Assembly: GCF_001194135.2 (NCBI RefSeq)
Contig: NC_068981.1
Span: forward strand, 114,455,642-114,492,448
Length of the DNA stretch: 36,807 nt
Direction of reading: 5' to 3'
Source: Octopus bimaculoides
Taxonomy: Eukaryota
Made by a program: the position numbers and the translations under genes
Shown: positions 34,731 through 36,807 of the stretch, in pieces
Numbering within the stretch: position 1 is the first letter of the stretch
Layout of the letters: every line of letters starts with the position of its first letter
The notes under the pieces: generated by a model
The model's input: the letters and a program-made list of their open reading frames with translations, nothing else
The model's database searches: none
Told to the model about the DNA's origin: nothing

Positions 34731-34940
34731 TCTTATCTTTTACTTGTTTCAGTCATTCGACTGCGGCCATACTGGGGCACCGTCTTGAAGAGTTTTAGCT
34801 GAACAAGTCGACCTCAGGACTTACTATTTTCAAGCTTAGTACTTATTCTATTTCTCTCTCAGGTCGAACCGCTAAATTACGGGGACGTAAACACGCGAGC
34901 AACGGTTGTCAAGTGGTGGTGGTGGTGGTGGACAAAAAAT

Positions 34941-34971
<31 letters not shown>

Positions 34972-35256
34972 TATATNNNNNNNNNNNNNNNNNNNNNNNN
35001 NNNNNNNNNNNNNNNNNNNNNNNNNNNNNNNNNNNNNNNNNNNATATATATATATATATACATATTACACACATATACACACAAATATATATATATAACA
35101 AGCTTCTTCCAGTTTCCGTCTACCAAATCCACTCACAAGGCTTTGGCCGGCTCAAGACCATTGTAGAAGATACTTGCCCAAGGTGCCACGCAGTGGAATT
35201 GAATATGAAACCATGTGGTCAGGAAGCAAACTTCTTACCACACAACTACGCCTACG
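34731..35256 (-). mobile_element. Near-complete OR-like tRNA-derived SINE with central microsatellite
   Basis: Head with CCTTGGGCAAGT CORE-like motif (reverse complement at ~35170-35185), central (CA/TA)n with a gap, and the 3' half; homologous to the other copies in the window. Confidence 0.88.
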
Positions 35257-36266
35257 ACTGTGAAATATGCAAATATTTTATGCAAAAATATTAACTCTAT
35301 TAAAATATGCAAATATTAACTCTAAAACATAAGCAAAATTAAAATATAATACAATTTATGCCAATAATTGCATCTGAAGAGAAGAGAAACTTCATTAAGT
35401 TAGTCTAACGCGTCTCAACAGACTTCAGTAGCTAATATTTTAAATAAGGTTAAGAAGATGCTATATCTTAAAATGTGTATGAGTGTGTACAAAGTCGACG
35501 ATAAGCTTGTACACCGTTTAACATATTAAAAATTTATAAAAGTGGGGACATCTTTGAGCGGCGCAAAACTTTTAAGATGGAACAAATGAAATTAACAGTA
35601 AAACAATGAAATGTCTAACGATGCCAGAGTTGAATAGTTGTTTGAAATGTTTGAAGCTAGAACAAATGCAAACTGAATATCAATTATAATGTCTTTAGTA
35701 CGAGGTTCTGGTAATACCAGGGTAGCTATTCTTCAACGAATCTTTTCGTGAGCTGTTGTATTTGATATTAAGAGACACTGCTTTTCTGACACGTTATCGA
35801 TATTCAACTTGATATGCAGGAAAAGTGCTAGCTGTCATGACAGCCATTTTCTAGGAAGGTAGTGAAGTAGGCAGTGTTATCCCAAACACATTGCAAACAG
35901 GAAAAAGTTCTGAAAACAACATAAGTGATAAGTATTTAGAGGAAATATCGATAAGGTTGAATGACTACTATCTTGAAAAGGATGTTGTGTGTGAGGATCA
36001 CATACAGAATCAGCAAGAGGAATGATAGCAAAGAGGAATGATAGCAAAGAGATAATTCTAATCCGATAACGAAAGCGTCTGCGTATTTATAAGTTTAGTT
36101 GGTTCAAAATGGTTCCTTTCTTCTTTCTGTTAGTTTTCTTCACTAAAACGCAACGACTGGTGTCGACGGAAGCAGTCTAGATGAAAACTAAACAATCATT
36201 ATAACGTTCCTGAGCGCAAACTATTGAATACCTTACACGTATAAATATAAACACACAGACAAGTAA

Positions 36267-36335
<69 letters not shown>

Positions 36336-36525
36336 CACGCATAAATATGTGAGGAGGGGTATGTTTCATTGACGAACGAAGATAAAATCAATAAGCAAAG
36401 CATAGTTTCGATAATGCCTTTATTTGCTGAGATTTTACAAACATTACAGTTTCATCACACAGTACTTACCAAACTTGTTTGGCAAGTGATTTGGCACGAA
36501 ACTCTAGGCTTTTGCTATAAGACTC

Positions 36526-36570
<45 letters not shown>

Positions 36571-36796
36571 TGATGATAATAATAATTTCTATTCCAGGCA
36601 CAAGGACCGAAATTATTGGGGAGGGCGCCTGTCGATTAGATCGACCCAGTACGCAACTGGTACTTAATTTATCGACTCCGAAATAACAAAAGGTAATGTC
36701 GACCTCGGCGGAATTTGAACTCAGAACCTAAGGACGGGCGAAATACCGCTAAGCATTTCACCCGGTGTGCTAATGATTCTGCCAGCTCGCCGCCTT
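36526..36796 (-). mobile_element. tRNA-derived SINE with (TTA)n tail (Meta-domain-like core)
   Basis: Reverse complement: AAGGCGGCGAGCTGGCAGAATCATTAGCAC...GTTCTGAGTTCAAATTCCGCCGAGGTCGAC...GTCGATAAATTAAGTACCAG...(TTA)n. The family assignment is from memory. Confidence 0.8.
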
Positions 36797-36807
36797 ACAG
36801 CGACCCC

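Noticed and set aside
13858-35166. Long ORFs containing X runs
   Set aside because: They are open only because N gaps contain no stop codons.

Overview
AT-rich, microsatellite-dense eukaryotic genomic DNA with eight N-gaps. The SINE families present match, from memory, the tRNA-derived SINEs of octopus, so a cephalopod (probably Octopus) source is inferred, not database-confirmed. No intact host gene is supported; most listed ORFs are microsatellite or N-run artefacts. The window is a layered graveyard of decayed transposable elements: a full-length DD34D mariner (perfect 27-bp TIRs, TA duplications) nested in a Penelope-like element (PLE) between its RT and GIY-YIG regions; a second, internally inverted PLE preceded by a hammerhead-ribozyme-like motif; a Tc1-like element; an RTE-clade LINE; two tandem Mutator/Phantom-like elements with TIRs built of ~15-bp repeats; two Helitron helicase relics; an ORF1-only (CCHC) retroelement; a second, solo hammerhead-like motif; and several SINEs. 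The least explained structure is a ~490-bp doubly inverted repeat (33880-34370) carrying a tRNA-Thr(UGU)-like cloverleaf in one arm and a D-arm-less copy in the other. All alignments and translations were done by eye.
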